A stretch of 64,000 bases of DNA from a bacterium (GTDB taxonomy: Bacteria > Hydrothermota > Tepidihabitantia > SM23-42 > JAOAFX01): positions 8,524 through 72,523 of the forward strand of contig DAIRCK010000012.1 in NCBI GenBank assembly GCA_036796695.1, written 5' to 3'. Position 1 is the stretch's first letter; every line of letters begins with the position of its first letter. Positions 8,342-19,860 of this stretch are shown here, in pieces. The notes beneath the pieces were generated by a model, which did no database searches, was not told the DNA's origin, and saw only the letters and a list, made by a program, of their open reading frames with translations. Position numbers and translations under genes: made by a program.

Positions 8342-9112
8342 TTATTCCCTTATTGTTGCCTCTTTAAATTTTTTTAGCAACAATTTTAAATCTTCTTTAT
8401 TTCTTATTGCCTCAATTATTCTGCTACCAATTACAACACCATCTGCAACCTGGCACAATCTCTTAACCTGCCCAGGATTTGAAATACCAAATCCTACGAC
8501 AACAGGCTTTTTTACAATCTTTTTAACCTTTCTTATAAATAAGGGCAGGGTTTCAGGAAGGTTTTTCCTGACCCCGGTCGTCCCTGTCACACTCACACAA
8601 TATACAAAACCACTACTCATCTTGCCAATCAATCCTATCCTTTCTCTATTCGATGTCGGCGCAATCAATTGTATTAAATCTATTTTATAATTATCAGCAA
8701 ATTTTTTAATCAAGCCTGACTCCTCAACCACGATGTCTGGCACGATCAATCCTGAAATACCGATTTGAGAAACCTTTTTAAAAAATTTTTTAATACCGAA
8801 TGCAAGGACTGGGTTCAAATAGGTCATAATGACGAGTGGTGTTTCAATCTCTATCTTTGCGATTTCCTCAAGTATCTCATTAAGTGATACCTTATTCTTC
8901 AATGCGATATTTGATGCGTACTGTATCGTCTTTCCATCTGCAATCGGGTCTGAAAAAGGAATTCCTATCTCAATAATGTCTGCGTATAAACTGCTCTCTT
9001 TTATATATTTGATTGATTCTTTAATCCCTGGATAACCTGCAGTAAGGTATACAATCAATGCAGATTCATTATTTTTTTTAAGATATTCAAACTTTTTATC
9101 AATCTTATTCAT
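8342..9112 (-). CDS. trpA: Tryptophan synthase alpha chain
   Basis: The N-terminal ...[10 protein letters not shown]... and [12 protein letters not shown] motifs are typical of TrpA. It overlaps trpB by 8 nt. Confidence 0.9.
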   Translation of the reverse strand: MNKIDKKFEYLKKNNESALIVYLTAGYPGIKESIKYIKESSLYADIIEIGIPFSDPIADGKTIQYASNIALKNKVSLNEILEEIAKIEIETPLVIMTYLNPVLAFGIKKFFKKVSQIGISGLIVPDIVVEESGLIKKFADNYKIDLIQLIAPTSNRERIGLIGKMSSGFVYCVSVTGTTGVRKNLPETLPLFIRKVKKIVKKPVVVGFGISNPGQVKRLCQVADGVVIGSRIIEAIRNKEDLKLLLKKFKEATIRE

Positions 9113-10289
9113 AAAACTCCTCTACAATCTCGAGGTCCTTATCACCCCTTCCTGAAAGGTTTACAATGATTATCTTTTCTGGGTCCATCTTCTTTGCCTC
9201 ATTGATTGCAACATAAACTGCATGGGCGCTCTCTAATGCTGGTATTATCCCTTCAGTCTCAGTGAGAATTTTAAATGCCTTGAGTGCCTGTTTATCTGTG
9301 CAAGAAGTGTACTGGACACGACCCCTAAATTTTAAAAATGAATGCTCAGGACCGACCCCTGGATAATCAAGGCCTGGAGCAATGGAATGGGTTGGACTTA
9401 TCTGCCCATCATCATTCTGGAGCACATAACTCATTGCCCCATGGAGCACACCAGGCTTGCCACAGGAGAGTGTAGCAGAATGTGCCTTAGAATGAATTCC
9501 CATGCCTCCAGCCTCAACACCGAGCATTTTTATTTCTGTATCAAGGAAGGGATGAAAAAATCCTATCGCATTACTACCACCACCAACACAGGCAATGAGG
9601 AGGTCAGGCATCCTTCCTTCTATCTTCAATATCTGTTTTTTCGTCTCTTTACCAATGATTGATTGAAAATCGCGCACCATCATTGGATATGGATGTGGAC
9701 CAACGACCGAGCCGATACAATAATGAGTCGTCCTCACATTTGTGACCCAATCCCTTATCGCCTCATTTATCGCATCCTTCAAGGTCTGTGTTCCTGAATC
9801 AACTGGTATAACTTCTGCACCGAGGAGTCTCATCCTTAATACATTCATCCTTTGCCTCTGAACATCCTTTTTTCCCATATATACCACACATTTCAAACCG
9901 AATAAGGCACAGGCAGTTGCAGTTGCTACACCATGCTGTCCAGCACCGGTCTCTGCAATTATCCTATTTTTCTTCATCATCTTTGCAAGAAGGACCTGGC
10001 CAATCGTATTATTTATCTTGTGCGCACCAGTATGGAGGAGGTCTTCCCTTTTAAAATAAATCCTTGCACCTTTTAATCGCTCTGATAGATTCCTTGCATA
10101 GTATAATGGAGTTGGTCTTCCTGCATAATTTCTTAAATAATGATTCAGTTCTCTTTTAAAATCAGGATTGTTCTTAAGACGATTATATGCATCTTCAAGT
10201 TCAATTAATGCCGGCATCAAAGTCTCAGGGACGAATCTGCCACCAAAACTGCCGAAATACCCATTTTTGTCAGGTTTTTTATAAGCCAT
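9105..10289 (-). CDS. trpB: Tryptophan synthase beta chain
   Basis: [13 protein letters not shown]... and HTGAHKINN... with the PLP lysine. The start was taken at the internal MAYKK; the ORF track extends to 10376 in overlap with aroQ. Confidence 0.9.
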   Translation of the reverse strand: MAYKKPDKNGYFGSFGGRFVPETLMPALIELEDAYNRLKNNPDFKRELNHYLRNYAGRPTPLYYARNLSERLKGARIYFKREDLLHTGAHKINNTIGQVLLAKMMKKNRIIAETGAGQHGVATATACALFGLKCVVYMGKKDVQRQRMNVLRMRLLGAEVIPVDSGTQTLKDAINEAIRDWVTNVRTTHYCIGSVVGPHPYPMMVRDFQSIIGKETKKQILKIEGRMPDLLIACVGGGSNAIGFFHPFLDTEIKMLGVEAGGMGIHSKAHSATLSCGKPGVLHGAMSYVLQNDDGQISPTHSIAPGLDYPGVGPEHSFLKFRGRVQYTSCTDKQALKAFKILTETEGIIPALESAHAVYVAINEAKKMDPEKIIIVNLSGRGDKDLEIVEEFYE

Positions 10290-10719
10290 CTCCTCCCCCA
10301 TTAATAAAGTATTCAAGTGCAAGGATATATCCATACCAGCCAAGCCCTGTAATCTGACCAATGCATACTGGTGCAATCAAACTTTTGTGTCGGAAAGGCT
10401 CGCGACTGTAAATATTGCTGATATGGACCTCTATTGCCTTTATACCAACCCCCTCAATCGCATCCCTTATTGCTACAGAGGTGTGTGTGTATGCACCAGG
10501 GTTTATTATGAGTCCAGAATACTCATCAGAATTATGTATCATCTCTATTATCCTTGATTCAGAATTTGATTGGTATATGTCAACCTGGACCCCTCTTTTC
10601 TCTGCATAATCAATAATCTTTTTATTGATCTCATCAAGTGATAACCTGCCATATACCTCTGGATTCCTCTTTCCCAAAAGATTGAGGTTCGGACCATGGA
10701 TTAAAAGAATTTTTTGCAT
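10279..10719 (-). CDS. aroQ: 3-dehydroquinate dehydratase, type II
   Basis: The 146-aa product reads [20 protein letters not shown]...HISNI-SRE-FRH, the type II DHQase signature. Confidence 0.9.
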   Translation of the reverse strand: MQKILLIHGPNLNLLGKRNPEVYGRLSLDEINKKIIDYAEKRGVQVDIYQSNSESRIIEMIHNSDEYSGLIINPGAYTHTSVAIRDAIEGVGIKAIEVHISNIYSREPFRHKSLIAPVCIGQITGLGWYGYILALEYFINGGGDGL

Positions 10720-12251
10720 AAAACCTCCTTTATCTTCACTCTACCAATCTTTTCAAAGATTGGCATCCTTATCTTTTCTCGTTTCATCTTTTTATCCTGT
10801 AAAATAAATCCCTTTATATCCTGTCTTTTAATAAATCCTGGCAGTTCTGCAGGCAAAGAATATTCTTTTAATAGTTCAATAACTTCAACAGGTATTCTAT
10901 TTTTATTAAAAATACATATCTCCTGGACCATCCCTATTGAGACTGCCTCACCATGTGAAAATCTCTTGTATTTGCCCATTTTTTCAATGATGTGCCCAAT
11001 CGTATGGCCAAAATTGAGGATTTCCCTTATCCCTTTCTCTTCAGTCTCATCATCTTTTATTATCCTACCTTTAATCATTACACATTCTTTTATAATCCTG
11101 AAAAGTGTTGCAGGATCGCGTTCCATTATCAATCCCTTTTTTTCTTTAAGGGTCCTAAATAGTTCCTCTGAGCTGATTATCCCATACTTTATAACCTCAG
11201 CAATACCATTGGAAAATTCTCTATCAGGAAGGGTCATAATCTTTTTAATATCACATACTACACATTCTGGTTGATAGAATGTTCCGAGCATATTCTTTCC
11301 ATATTTTGTATTTACTCCATTCTTACCACCTAACGCAGCATCAACCTGGCAGAGCAGGGTAGTTGGAATATATACAAGCTTGCAACCCCTTTTGAATGTG
11401 GATGCGACAAAACCAGCAATATCAGTAATCACACCACCACCAAGACCGAGTATTATATCCTGCCTTTGAAAATTTATCTTGAATAGGTATTCATAGATAC
11501 TCTCTACAGTTTTAATATTTTTGTATGCCTCACCATCGGGTATTATAAGATAATTAACTTCGTTATCCTGCCTTTTCAATGTCTTTGCCAAATCATCAAG
11601 GTAGAGTGCACCAACAAGTGGATTGGTTATTATAAAAATCCTTTTCTTTTTAAATAGAAGATGGCGATTAGAATCAAATATGATTATAACTGGATAGACC
11701 CTTGATTTTGTATGGATCATTATAGATTCACTCTGGTCAGGATAATCTATCTTCTTTAATTCCAATCTCTTTATTATTTCCCTGGCTACCAATTCCGGTG
11801 CCTTCTCTGTTGTATCAATCTTTATCTCAGCAAAATCATATATTCCTTTTCTCTGCTCCAGAAGATTAAAAAAATCTTTTTTTGATTTGACCAATGGCCT
11901 TGAACCATCCATTTTTATCCTCTTTAATAGAGTCTCTAAATTTGCATAAAGCTGGATAACCCTGCCTGTTTTTTTCAATATTTCACGATTCTTCTCATTC
12001 TTAACAATCCCTCCACCTGTCGCAATAACTACATTCTTCAATCCTTTTATTTTTTCCAGAACCCAGTGCTCTCTTTTCCGAAAATATTCTTCACCTTCCT
12101 TCTCAAAGATTTCTTTTATTGATCTCTGTTCCGCAAGTTCAATCATTCGGTCTGTGGAAAGATAACCAAAATTTAAATTTTCAGCAAGGATTCTACCGAT
12201 TGTATCCTTGCCAGTGCCCATAAATCCTATTAAGATTATGTTTTCAGACAT
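10701..12251 (-). CDS. aroKB: Bifunctional shikimate kinase (N-terminal) / 3-dehydroquinate synthase (C-terminal)
   Basis: The N-terminal P-loop GFMGTGKDTIG is AroK. The C-terminus (...GGGVITDIAGFVAS...LVYIPTTLL-QVDAALGGKNGVN...) is AroB. Confidence 0.85.
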   Translation of the reverse strand: MSENIILIGFMGTGKDTIGRILAENLNFGYLSTDRMIELAEQRSIKEIFEKEGEEYFRKREHWVLEKIKGLKNVVIATGGGIVKNEKNREILKKTGRVIQLYANLETLLKRIKMDGSRPLVKSKKDFFNLLEQRKGIYDFAEIKIDTTEKAPELVAREIIKRLELKKIDYPDQSESIMIHTKSRVYPVIIIFDSNRHLLFKKKRIFIITNPLVGALYLDDLAKTLKRQDNEVNYLIIPDGEAYKNIKTVESIYEYLFKINFQRQDIILGLGGGVITDIAGFVASTFKRGCKLVYIPTTLLCQVDAALGGKNGVNTKYGKNMLGTFYQPECVVCDIKKIMTLPDREFSNGIAEVIKYGIISSEELFRTLKEKKGLIMERDPATLFRIIKECVMIKGRIIKDDETEEKGIREILNFGHTIGHIIEKMGKYKRFSHGEAVSIGMVQEICIFNKNRIPVEVIELLKEYSLPAELPGFIKRQDIKGFILQDKKMKREKIRMPIFEKIGRVKIKEVLCKKFF

Positions 12252-13308
12252 CTTTAATCCTTTTTAAATATTGTTGATAATTCTTTTTCATATCCAGTAT
12301 ATTATCACCGCCAAATTTTTCACAAAATGCCAGGGCAAGGACATAGGCAAGCATTGATTCTGCAATTACACTGATCGCTTCAACTGCACAGACATCGGCT
12401 CTAAAGACTGGTGCAGGACAAGGTCTTTTATTCTTTATATCAAAAGATTTTAACGGATTCTGGAGTGTAGGGATCGGTTTTATATACAACCTTATAAAAA
12501 TCCTTTCTCCATTGCTCATACCACCCTCAATCCCACCTGCATTATTGGTCTTATGATAAAATCCCATTTTTTTATCATAAAATATCTTATCATGAACAGC
12601 AGAGCCATAATGCATTGATGAAAAGATCGCCTCTCCAATTTCAATCCCTTTTACTGAAGGTATTGATAGCATCGCCATACCAATCATACCATCAAGCCTC
12701 TTATCAAATTGTGTATAACTTCCAAGACCTGGACAGACACCATCAGCATAAACCTCAACAATCCCACCGAGTGTATCACCCCTTTGTTTTGCCTGGATTA
12801 TTAATCTTTTTATCTTATTTCTATCCTTTTCCTTTCCAATCTGTCTCACCTGTGAACTTATCGCTATATTAAATTCTTTAAGCAGGAGTTTAAACACCGC
12901 ACCTGCTGCAACCCTTGATACAGTCTCCCGTGCCGATGCCCTTTCAAGGACATCCTGGATATCTAAAAAACCAAATTTCAAAAGACCTGCAAAGTCTGCA
13001 TGGCCAGGTCTGGGAATGGTTATTGAATCTTTAGTTTTTTGTGATAAGAATTCATCCCTGCGATAGTCCTTATTTTTAATAAAGAGCGTTATAGGTGAAC
13101 CGATGGTTTTGCCCATCCTCACACCTGAAAGGATTTCAACAGGCTCTTCTTCCAGTTCCATCCTTTTGCTCCTGCCCATTCCCTGCTTTCGCCTCTTCAA
13201 TTCTTGTCTTATAAAATCAGGGCTGATCTTTAATCCTGCAGGGATTCCATCAATGATTACTGACATACCCTGATTATGTGATTCACCACCTGTTAACATC
13301 CTTATCAT
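12244..13308 (-). CDS. aroC: Chorismate synthase
   Basis: LTGGESHNQG....GRSKRMELEEE... and GGMSNGE motifs. Confidence 0.9.
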   Translation of the reverse strand: MIRMLTGGESHNQGMSVIIDGIPAGLKISPDFIRQELKRRKQGMGRSKRMELEEEPVEILSGVRMGKTIGSPITLFIKNKDYRRDEFLSQKTKDSITIPRPGHADFAGLLKFGFLDIQDVLERASARETVSRVAAGAVFKLLLKEFNIAISSQVRQIGKEKDRNKIKRLIIQAKQRGDTLGGIVEVYADGVCPGLGSYTQFDKRLDGMIGMAMLSIPSVKGIEIGEAIFSSMHYGSAVHDKIFYDKKMGFYHKTNNAGGIEGGMSNGERIFIRLYIKPIPTLQNPLKSFDIKNKRPCPAPVFRADVCAVEAISVIAESMLAYVLALAFCEKFGGDNILDMKKNYQQYLKRIKDV

Positions 13309-13309
13309 T

Positions 13310-14077
13310 CTACACCTCCTTTAATGCTATCTTCATTAAATTGACCGGTCTATATCCAGTCCAGAGTTTGAATGAATACGCTGCCTGGTGAATTAGCATA
13401 GAGATACCATCTATCAACTTTATTTTCTTTGATTTTGATAATTTAAAACGATAATTTATATCATAATACACACTACCGGGTTTTAAAAACGGAATGACCA
13501 TATCCTGGATATCAACAGATGTGCCATTTATAACGATATCCATATTTGACGCATATTGAGAGATTTGTGAAAAATGGATTTTCTTTGCAGGATAGATATG
13601 CAAAATAGATTCAATCTTAGATTCAGTCCTATTAGTAATAAAGACTTCTTTGGGATTTTTTTGACCGAGGAGATATAGACAGGCACGAACAACACCACCA
13701 GCACCAATTATGAGAACCTTTTTATCTTTCAGTCCAATTTTGTGTTCTTTTAAAGAATAAGCAAATCCATAGACATCGGTATTATCACCAATTATCTTCT
13801 TATCCTTTATAACTACTGTATTAACTGCCCCAATCTTTCTGGCGACTGGTGTAAGTTCATTTAAATATTCCATAATCTTAGTCTTATATGGATTTGTGAT
13901 ATTAAAACCAGTAAATCCAAGTTTTATCAATTTATGGAAAACCTCTCCAAGGTCATCAGGTGGAATAGAGAGGAGAAAATAGATACCCTTTATTTTCAAT
14001 CTTCTAAATGCAAAATTATGGATCTTTGGCGAGAGTGTATATTTTAGAGGATAACCGATCACACCAGTGAGGAACAT
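13310..14077 (-). CDS. aroE: Shikimate dehydrogenase
   Basis: GVIGYPLKYTLSP-IHN-AF...NVT-PYK...GAGG-VRA. Confidence 0.85.
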   Translation of the reverse strand: MFLTGVIGYPLKYTLSPKIHNFAFRRLKIKGIYFLLSIPPDDLGEVFHKLIKLGFTGFNITNPYKTKIMEYLNELTPVARKIGAVNTVVIKDKKIIGDNTDVYGFAYSLKEHKIGLKDKKVLIIGAGGVVRACLYLLGQKNPKEVFITNRTESKIESILHIYPAKKIHFSQISQYASNMDIVINGTSVDIQDMVIPFLKPGSVYYDINYRFKLSKSKKIKLIDGISMLIHQAAYSFKLWTGYRPVNLMKIALKEV

Positions 14078-14676
14078 CGCCGCACCTCTTTTATAAATTC
14101 CCGAATTTTTTCTGGGTCTTTTTTACCTGGTGAGCTTTCCACACCTGAACATACATCAACACCATAAGGTCTTAGCATCTTTATCATTGTGCCAACATTC
14201 TTCTCATTTAATCCACCGGCAACGATAAACCTACCTCCAATGGTTTTTATTATCTTCCAATCAAATGTCCTGCCACTCCCTTCACCAGGGTCAAATAGAT
14301 ATGCTGAAACAGAATATCCAGCCATCTCTTTGATGATACCAACTGGATTTGAACTATCATCAATTTTGATCCTCTTTATAATCCGCACACCTTTTATAAG
14401 CCTGCAATATTCGGGTGGTTCAGATCCGTGTAATTGAACGACGTCTATCCCGGTTAAACTGATTATCTTGTTTACCACATCAAGCCGCTCATTTTTAAAT
14501 ACACCAACCGTTGTAATAAATGGTGGTAATTTCTCAATGATATTCTTTGCTATTTCGGGTTCAATATTTCTTGGTGAAGGGGCGAAGATAAAACCAAGCG
14601 CATCGGCGCCAAAATTAGATACGATGAGTCCATCCTCAAGATTGGTAATGCCGCAGACCTTTATTTTAATACTCAT
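14059..14676 (-). CDS. trpF: Phosphoribosylanthranilate isomerase
   Basis: The start MSIKIKVCGIT...DALGFIF was chosen; the ORF track extends 14 codons upstream. Confidence 0.85.
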   Translation of the reverse strand: MSIKIKVCGITNLEDGLIVSNFGADALGFIFAPSPRNIEPEIAKNIIEKLPPFITTVGVFKNERLDVVNKIISLTGIDVVQLHGSEPPEYCRLIKGVRIIKRIKIDDSSNPVGIIKEMAGYSVSAYLFDPGEGSGRTFDWKIIKTIGGRFIVAGGLNEKNVGTMIKMLRPYGVDVCSGVESSPGKKDPEKIREFIKEVRRCSSLV

Positions 14677-15754
14677 CAAGCCACCTGGTTCCTTTTTGAA
14701 AAACTTTTTTAAATGCATCCCTTTTCCCTTTTTTCACAATTTTCATTAGTGCATCCATACACATTGTTAAATTTTTATATAAATCAAGGGTATAAGGATT
14801 TAGCGATTGGATTTCATAATAAAGTTCTGGATTTTCCTTTATCACACTATTGGTTGTCTCCATCTGGGCATTGAATGTTGTACTGGCAATTCTTTTCAAA
14901 TCTTTAAATTCGTAGCCACTATCCATAAGATTTTTTATAAAAAGAACATTTATAAAATGGGAAAGACCGAGAACATATGAAACGAGTCTGTCGTGCTCAT
15001 CAAATGAAAGATTAATGATTCTAACTGCGGTATTCTTGAAAATATTCATTATCATACCATTCGCCTCAGGTGAACCACAATCACAGAGACAGACAACTTT
15101 ATCACTGAGGGTCCGACAGGATGGACCAAACATTGGATGGATGGATGTAATTTTAATATTTTTCTCAATTGCTTTTTTAATTGCTGGAATTATGTGGCTC
15201 TTCACACTTGCAATATCACAGACAACCGCATTGCAATTTAGTTCTGTAAGGGTTTCAATTATATCGGGGACAATAGCAAGCGGTGTAGAAATGACCACCA
15301 GTGATTTTCCTTTTAATCCAGATTTTATATCTTTATAATAACTAAAACCACAACGCCCGGGCAGTTTTATATCATTTATTGCTACCCTGTGCCCTTGATT
15401 CTGCAGGAAATAAGCAAACCATCTGCCCATTCCACCCAGTCCACCAACAATGAGCACATCCTCCTTTTTCCCGGAATAAACTGAATAATGCAATCTCTCC
15501 TGCTGGATACGGGATTGCTCAATGATTTTAGTAATGAGTGTCCGTGTAAAATTTATATCAAGACCAATACCTTCCGCATATCTAATTCCATTTTCAATCA
15601 CGCTCTTTTCTACACTCCAATCCTGGAGTGCAATTCCCATTTTTTTCTTTTCTCTGCCGATCGCATCGCTCAATAACATTCGCTTCTGGATTAGGTTCAA
15701 TATCTTCTGGTCGGTCTTTTTTATTTTCATTCTGAGAAGTTTTAATCGATCCAT
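14666..15754 (-). CDS. tyrA: Bifunctional chorismate mutase (AroQ class, N-terminal) / prephenate dehydrogenase
   Basis: The N-terminal roughly 90-aa CM helix bundle (LRMKIKKTDQKILNLIQKRMLLSDAIG) is followed by the NAD-binding GGLGGMG PDH domain. Confidence 0.8.
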   Translation of the reverse strand: MDRLKLLRMKIKKTDQKILNLIQKRMLLSDAIGREKKKMGIALQDWSVEKSVIENGIRYAEGIGLDINFTRTLITKIIEQSRIQQERLHYSVYSGKKEDVLIVGGLGGMGRWFAYFLQNQGHRVAINDIKLPGRCGFSYYKDIKSGLKGKSLVVISTPLAIVPDIIETLTELNCNAVVCDIASVKSHIIPAIKKAIEKNIKITSIHPMFGPSCRTLSDKVVCLCDCGSPEANGMIMNIFKNTAVRIINLSFDEHDRLVSYVLGLSHFINVLFIKNLMDSGYEFKDLKRIASTTFNAQMETTNSVIKENPELYYEIQSLNPYTLDLYKNLTMCMDALMKIVKKGKRDAFKKVFQKGTRWLDEY

Positions 15755-16515
15755 TTCAATTCCTTTATTTTTTCTGCCATATCATCTGCCTTCAATATAG
15801 AAGTACCAACGAGTATCCCATCAAAACCAGCATCCTTCAATCTCCTCACATCCTCTGCCTTTTTAATTCCACTCTCACTCACGGTATAATATCGCTCGGG
15901 AACCGATTCTATCAAATTTAGAGAAATATTGATGTCGACTTCAAAATTATTTAGATTCCGATTATTAATACCGATTATCTCGGTATCTGTATTAAATGCC
16001 TTTTTTAAATCATCGATTGTATGGACTTCAACGATCGTCGCCATACCAAGTTTATGGGCAAGTCGGACAAATTCTTTCAATCTTTCAGGGCTCAATATAC
16101 AGGCAATGAGTAGTATGGCATCAGCAAAAATTCCACAGGATTCATAAATCTGATATTCATCAATGATAAAGTCTTTCCTCAACACAGGTAGTTTTGTGAA
16201 TTTTTTTACATTTTGTATATCTTCATTTCTTCCGCTGAAAAATTTTTCATTCGTTACAACCGATATGCCATCAGCACCGGATTTTTCATAGATAAAAACA
16301 ATCTTCTCTATGTCCAATCCGTTTATAATCGCTCCAGTTGATGGTGATGACCTTTTTATTTCAGCGATGAGTGCGATTTGCCCATTTTTGAAAATCTTTT
16401 TAAAATCGCGCCTTTCTTTGTTCTCGGTTTTTAACAGTTCTTTAAGTGGCTTCAAACCCTTTTTTTTATCTATCTCATTTTTTGTGTTCTCAATTATCAC
16501 TTTTAGTATGTCCAT
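15742..16515 (-). CDS. trpC: Indole-3-glycerol phosphate synthase
   Basis: IAEIKRSSPS-G...FI-DEYQIYE....GADAILLI...NNRNL. Confidence 0.9.
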   Translation of the reverse strand: MDILKVIIENTKNEIDKKKGLKPLKELLKTENKERRDFKKIFKNGQIALIAEIKRSSPSTGAIINGLDIEKIVFIYEKSGADGISVVTNEKFFSGRNEDIQNVKKFTKLPVLRKDFIIDEYQIYESCGIFADAILLIACILSPERLKEFVRLAHKLGMATIVEVHTIDDLKKAFNTDTEIIGINNRNLNNFEVDINISLNLIESVPERYYTVSESGIKKAEDVRRLKDAGFDGILVGTSILKADDMAEKIKELKWID

Positions 16516-17530
16516 TTACAAACCTCCTCAGTTCCTCAAGTTTATTTAATGCGGCACCAGAAAAAATTGATTCCCGAGCCATTTCCACCCCCTGTTTAAT
16601 AGTCTCAGCCTTTCCAGAAACATATATTGCGGCGCCTGCATTTAATAGTGCAGTATCTGTTTTGGGTCCTGGTTCACCTTTTAAAATAGAAATAAATGAA
16701 TCAATATTTTCCTTGTTATTCCTCACCCTTAATTCTTCCATACTACATCTTTTCATTCCATAATCCTCTGGAGAAATCTCGAATTCCATAATGCCCTTAT
16801 TCTTTATCTCAAGCACATAGGTTCTGGCGCTGGTTGTTATCTCATCAATTCCATCCGCACTGTATACGATTAATGCGTGCCTGACACCGAGGTTGTTCAA
16901 TGTCTTTCCAATTTTTTCGAGAAATTCCTTTCTACATACCCCGATGACCTGTTGTTCAACCAATGCAGGATTACATATTGGTCCAAGGATATTGAAAATT
17001 GTCCTGATACCAATCTCTCTTCTTGGCCCAATTACATTTTTCATTGCCGGGTGAAAGAGCGGAGCAAAGAGAAAACCAATTCCTATTTTTTCTATGCACT
17101 CCTTTATTAGTTCATAATCAATATCAAGTTTAATGCCCAGTGCGGAAAAAAGATCAGCACTTCCACAAAGGCTTGAGACCGACCTGTTTCCATGTTTTGC
17201 CACAAAACAGCCCGCACCTGCAGCAATAAATGCTGAGGTCGTTGAAATGTTGAATGTATGCATTCCATCACCACCAGTGCCACAGGTATCAACAAGATTT
17301 TGAGCCTGGCAGTTTATCTTTATCATCTTTGTGCGCATTGCCTTACAGAAACCTGTAATTTCCTCTATGGTCTCACCCTTCATCCTTAACGCAGTTAGCA
17401 AGGATGCTATCTGGGCTGGTGTTGCTTTGCCCTCCATAATTTCAATACATACCTGATATGCCTCATCTTCATTCAATGATTTATTTTCTACAATCTTTTT
17501 TATTGCATCTTGTATCCTTGACTCAGACAT
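16490..17530 (-). CDS. trpD: Anthranilate phosphoribosyltransferase
   Basis: [34 protein letters not shown]. The start was taken at MSESRIQ. Confidence 0.9.
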   Translation of the reverse strand: MSESRIQDAIKKIVENKSLNEDEAYQVCIEIMEGKATPAQIASLLTALRMKGETIEEITGFCKAMRTKMIKINCQAQNLVDTCGTGGDGMHTFNISTTSAFIAAGAGCFVAKHGNRSVSSLCGSADLFSALGIKLDIDYELIKECIEKIGIGFLFAPLFHPAMKNVIGPRREIGIRTIFNILGPICNPALVEQQVIGVCRKEFLEKIGKTLNNLGVRHALIVYSADGIDEITTSARTYVLEIKNKGIMEFEISPEDYGMKRCSMEELRVRNNKENIDSFISILKGEPGPKTDTALLNAGAAIYVSGKAETIKQGVEMARESIFSGAALNKLEELRRFVNGHTKSDN

Positions 17531-18518
17531 TATACCTCCTTGTATTAAAACAGGAAAAGTTTCCAGTGTGGCAGGCGACCCCATTCTGGTTCACTATTGC
17601 AAGGATTGCATCGCGGTCGCAATCTGCCCTCAATTTTATAACATCCTGAAAATTCTTTGATGTCCTTCCTTTTAGCCATAATTCCTTCCTGCTTCTTGAA
17701 AAATACCACATCTTTCCCGTCTCAAATGTTTTTCTTAATGATTCCTTATTCGAATACGCCAGCATCAATACAAGACCCGATATATCCTGTGTAATTGTTG
17801 GAATCAATTCGCTTTTCCAGTTAAGTGATTCTATAAATGCATCAACAAGTGAAATTCGTTTTGTATATAATGCCATTCCCAGCTGGACATCGATATCCAT
17901 CGCCGCGAGAATTTTTACCTCGTTCAGCGATGACACACCACCTGCCACGGTTATTTTTTTATCAGTTTTTTCACGAATTGCCTTCGCCTTTTCAATATTA
18001 ATGCCTTGCATCATTCCCTCTGTTTCAACAAATGTAAAGAGAAACTCATTCGTGTATGATTCAAATTCCTTTATTACATCAAATAATTCGATATCTGTCT
18101 TCTTTTGCCATCCACTGACAACAATTTTGTTATTGAATGTATCAAGTGCAATGATGATTCTCTCCTGTCCTATTTCCTTTTTCAGGGCAGAAAGAAATTT
18201 GTGGTTGATATTTCCTTTCTCAAATGCCCTGGAACCGATAATAATTTTATTTGCACCAGCAAGGATCAATTCCTTTGCCTTTTCAATACTTCTTATACCG
18301 CCGCCAACGCGACAATCTGCTACCTTAAGCAAATCTTTGATTAAATTCAGATTTTCGCCTTTGCCCATTGCTGCATCAAGGTCAATAACCGCAACCTCAT
18401 TATACCGATTAAACTCTTTTGCAAGTTTCACTGCATCATCATATTCTAAAACCTTTTCTCTACCCTGTCTTAACTGAACAACCTTATTATTCATCAAATC
18501 AATAGAACCTATTACCAT
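17523..18518 (-). CDS. hisA/hisI: Fusion protein: ProFAR isomerase HisA (residues ~1-235) + phosphoribosyl-AMP cyclohydrolase HisI (residues ~236-331)
   Basis: The N-terminal (beta-alpha)8 HisA carries IDL…GGGIRS…GGVSSL. The C-terminal [68 protein letters not shown] is the HisI PRA-CH signature. Confidence 0.8.
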   Translation of the reverse strand: MVIGSIDLMNNKVVQLRQGREKVLEYDDAVKLAKEFNRYNEVAVIDLDAAMGKGENLNLIKDLLKVADCRVGGGIRSIEKAKELILAGANKIIIGSRAFEKGNINHKFLSALKKEIGQERIIIALDTFNNKIVVSGWQKKTDIELFDVIKEFESYTNEFLFTFVETEGMMQGINIEKAKAIREKTDKKITVAGGVSSLNEVKILAAMDIDVQLGMALYTKRISLVDAFIESLNWKSELIPTITQDISGLVLMLAYSNKESLRKTFETGKMWYFSRSRKELWLKGRTSKNFQDVIKLRADCDRDAILAIVNQNGVACHTGNFSCFNTRRYNV

Positions 18519-19267
18519 CTCACCCTCACTCCTTTCTTTTTAAGAAATCTTTTTATCTGTGGGATTGTAAATTTTTTATAATGGAGAACCGATGCGAGAA
18601 GAACCGCATCAGCATTCCCATACTTTATCACATCATAGATTTGGTTTAAATTACCTGCGCCTCCTGATGCAATAATCGGAATCTTTACAGCCGATGATAC
18701 AGCATCTGTCAATTCAATATCATAACCCATCTGTGTCCCATCGCGGTCAATGGAATTCAATAGTATCTCTCCAGCACCAAGTTCTTCACACCTTTTTGCC
18801 CATTCTATCACATCAATCTTAGTATCAACCCTTCCTCCATATGTGTAGCAATGCCATTTATTATTTACCTTTGCCGCATCAATTGAAATCACAATACACT
18901 GGGAACCAAATATCCTTGCACCTTCACTTATCAATTTAGGATTTTCAATGGCACCGGTGCAAATCGCCACCTTATCCGCACCAGCATTGAGTAAAACCCT
19001 CATATCCTCTATCTTTCTTATACCACCACCAACGCATAGCGGAATAAAAACCTTCTTTGCAACCGCATTCACAACATCAATTATTGCCCTTCTCTTCTCC
19101 ACGGACGCAGTGACATCAAGGAAGATTAATTCATCAGCACCCTGGTCATTGTAGTATTGGGCAAGTTTTACTGGGTCACCTGCAACATTTAAATTCTTAA
19201 ATTTTATCCCTTTTACAACCCTGCCTTTATCAACATCAAGACAGGGTATTATTCTTATCGTCAGCAT
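18512..19267 (-). CDS. hisF: Imidazole glycerol phosphate synthase cyclase subunit
   Basis: [34 protein letters not shown]. Confidence 0.9.
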   Translation of the reverse strand: MLTIRIIPCLDVDKGRVVKGIKFKNLNVAGDPVKLAQYYNDQGADELIFLDVTASVEKRRAIIDVVNAVAKKVFIPLCVGGGIRKIEDMRVLLNAGADKVAICTGAIENPKLISEGARIFGSQCIVISIDAAKVNNKWHCYTYGGRVDTKIDVIEWAKRCEELGAGEILLNSIDRDGTQMGYDIELTDAVSSAVKIPIIASGGAGNLNQIYDVIKYGNADAVLLASVLHYKKFTIPQIKRFLKKKGVRVRW

Positions 19268-19860
19268 AGTTCTACCCATCTCTTTAATAAATCAAGTCCA
19301 GCCTTCCCACTCTTCTCAGGATGGAACTGGACTGCATATATATTTCCCTTATTAATGACTGATGGATAACTGATTCCGTATTCGGTGCGACCGAGTACAA
19401 TCTCTTCTTCTGGTGTATCAAGATAATAACTGTGTAGAAAGTAAAAATAAACTTTCTTCCTTTGGGATTTAAAAATTGGCGATGGCTTTATCACCTCTAC
19501 ACTATTCCATCCAATCTGAGGAATTTTGGACATTTGGAATTTTCTCATCCGTCCTTTGAATATACCGAATCCACTAACACCTTCTGCCTCTTCACTTGAT
19601 TCAAATAAAAGTTGGAGACCGAGGCAGATACCAAGATAGGGCTTATCTGCATTTAGCCATTCAATCAATCTTTCCAACAACCCCATCTTTTTCAGTTTTG
19701 TAATTGCCGCACCAAATGCACCAACACCAGGTAGTATTATCCGTTCTATATTTTTAAGCCCTTTCTCATCCTTTATTAGACGATTCTTCAAGCCCAAATA
19801 ATCAAGGGCATTCTTTATTGAATGCAAATTCCCTGCACCATAGTCTATAATCCCTATCAT
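19261..19860 (-). CDS. hisH: Imidazole glycerol phosphate synthase glutaminase subunit
   Basis: MIGIIDYGAGNL-S--NAL...GICLG-QLL triad region. Confidence 0.9.
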   Translation of the reverse strand: MIGIIDYGAGNLHSIKNALDYLGLKNRLIKDEKGLKNIERIILPGVGAFGAAITKLKKMGLLERLIEWLNADKPYLGICLGLQLLFESSEEAEGVSGFGIFKGRMRKFQMSKIPQIGWNSVEVIKPSPIFKSQRKKVYFYFLHSYYLDTPEEEIVLGRTEYGISYPSVINKGNIYAVQFHPEKSGKAGLDLLKRWVELC

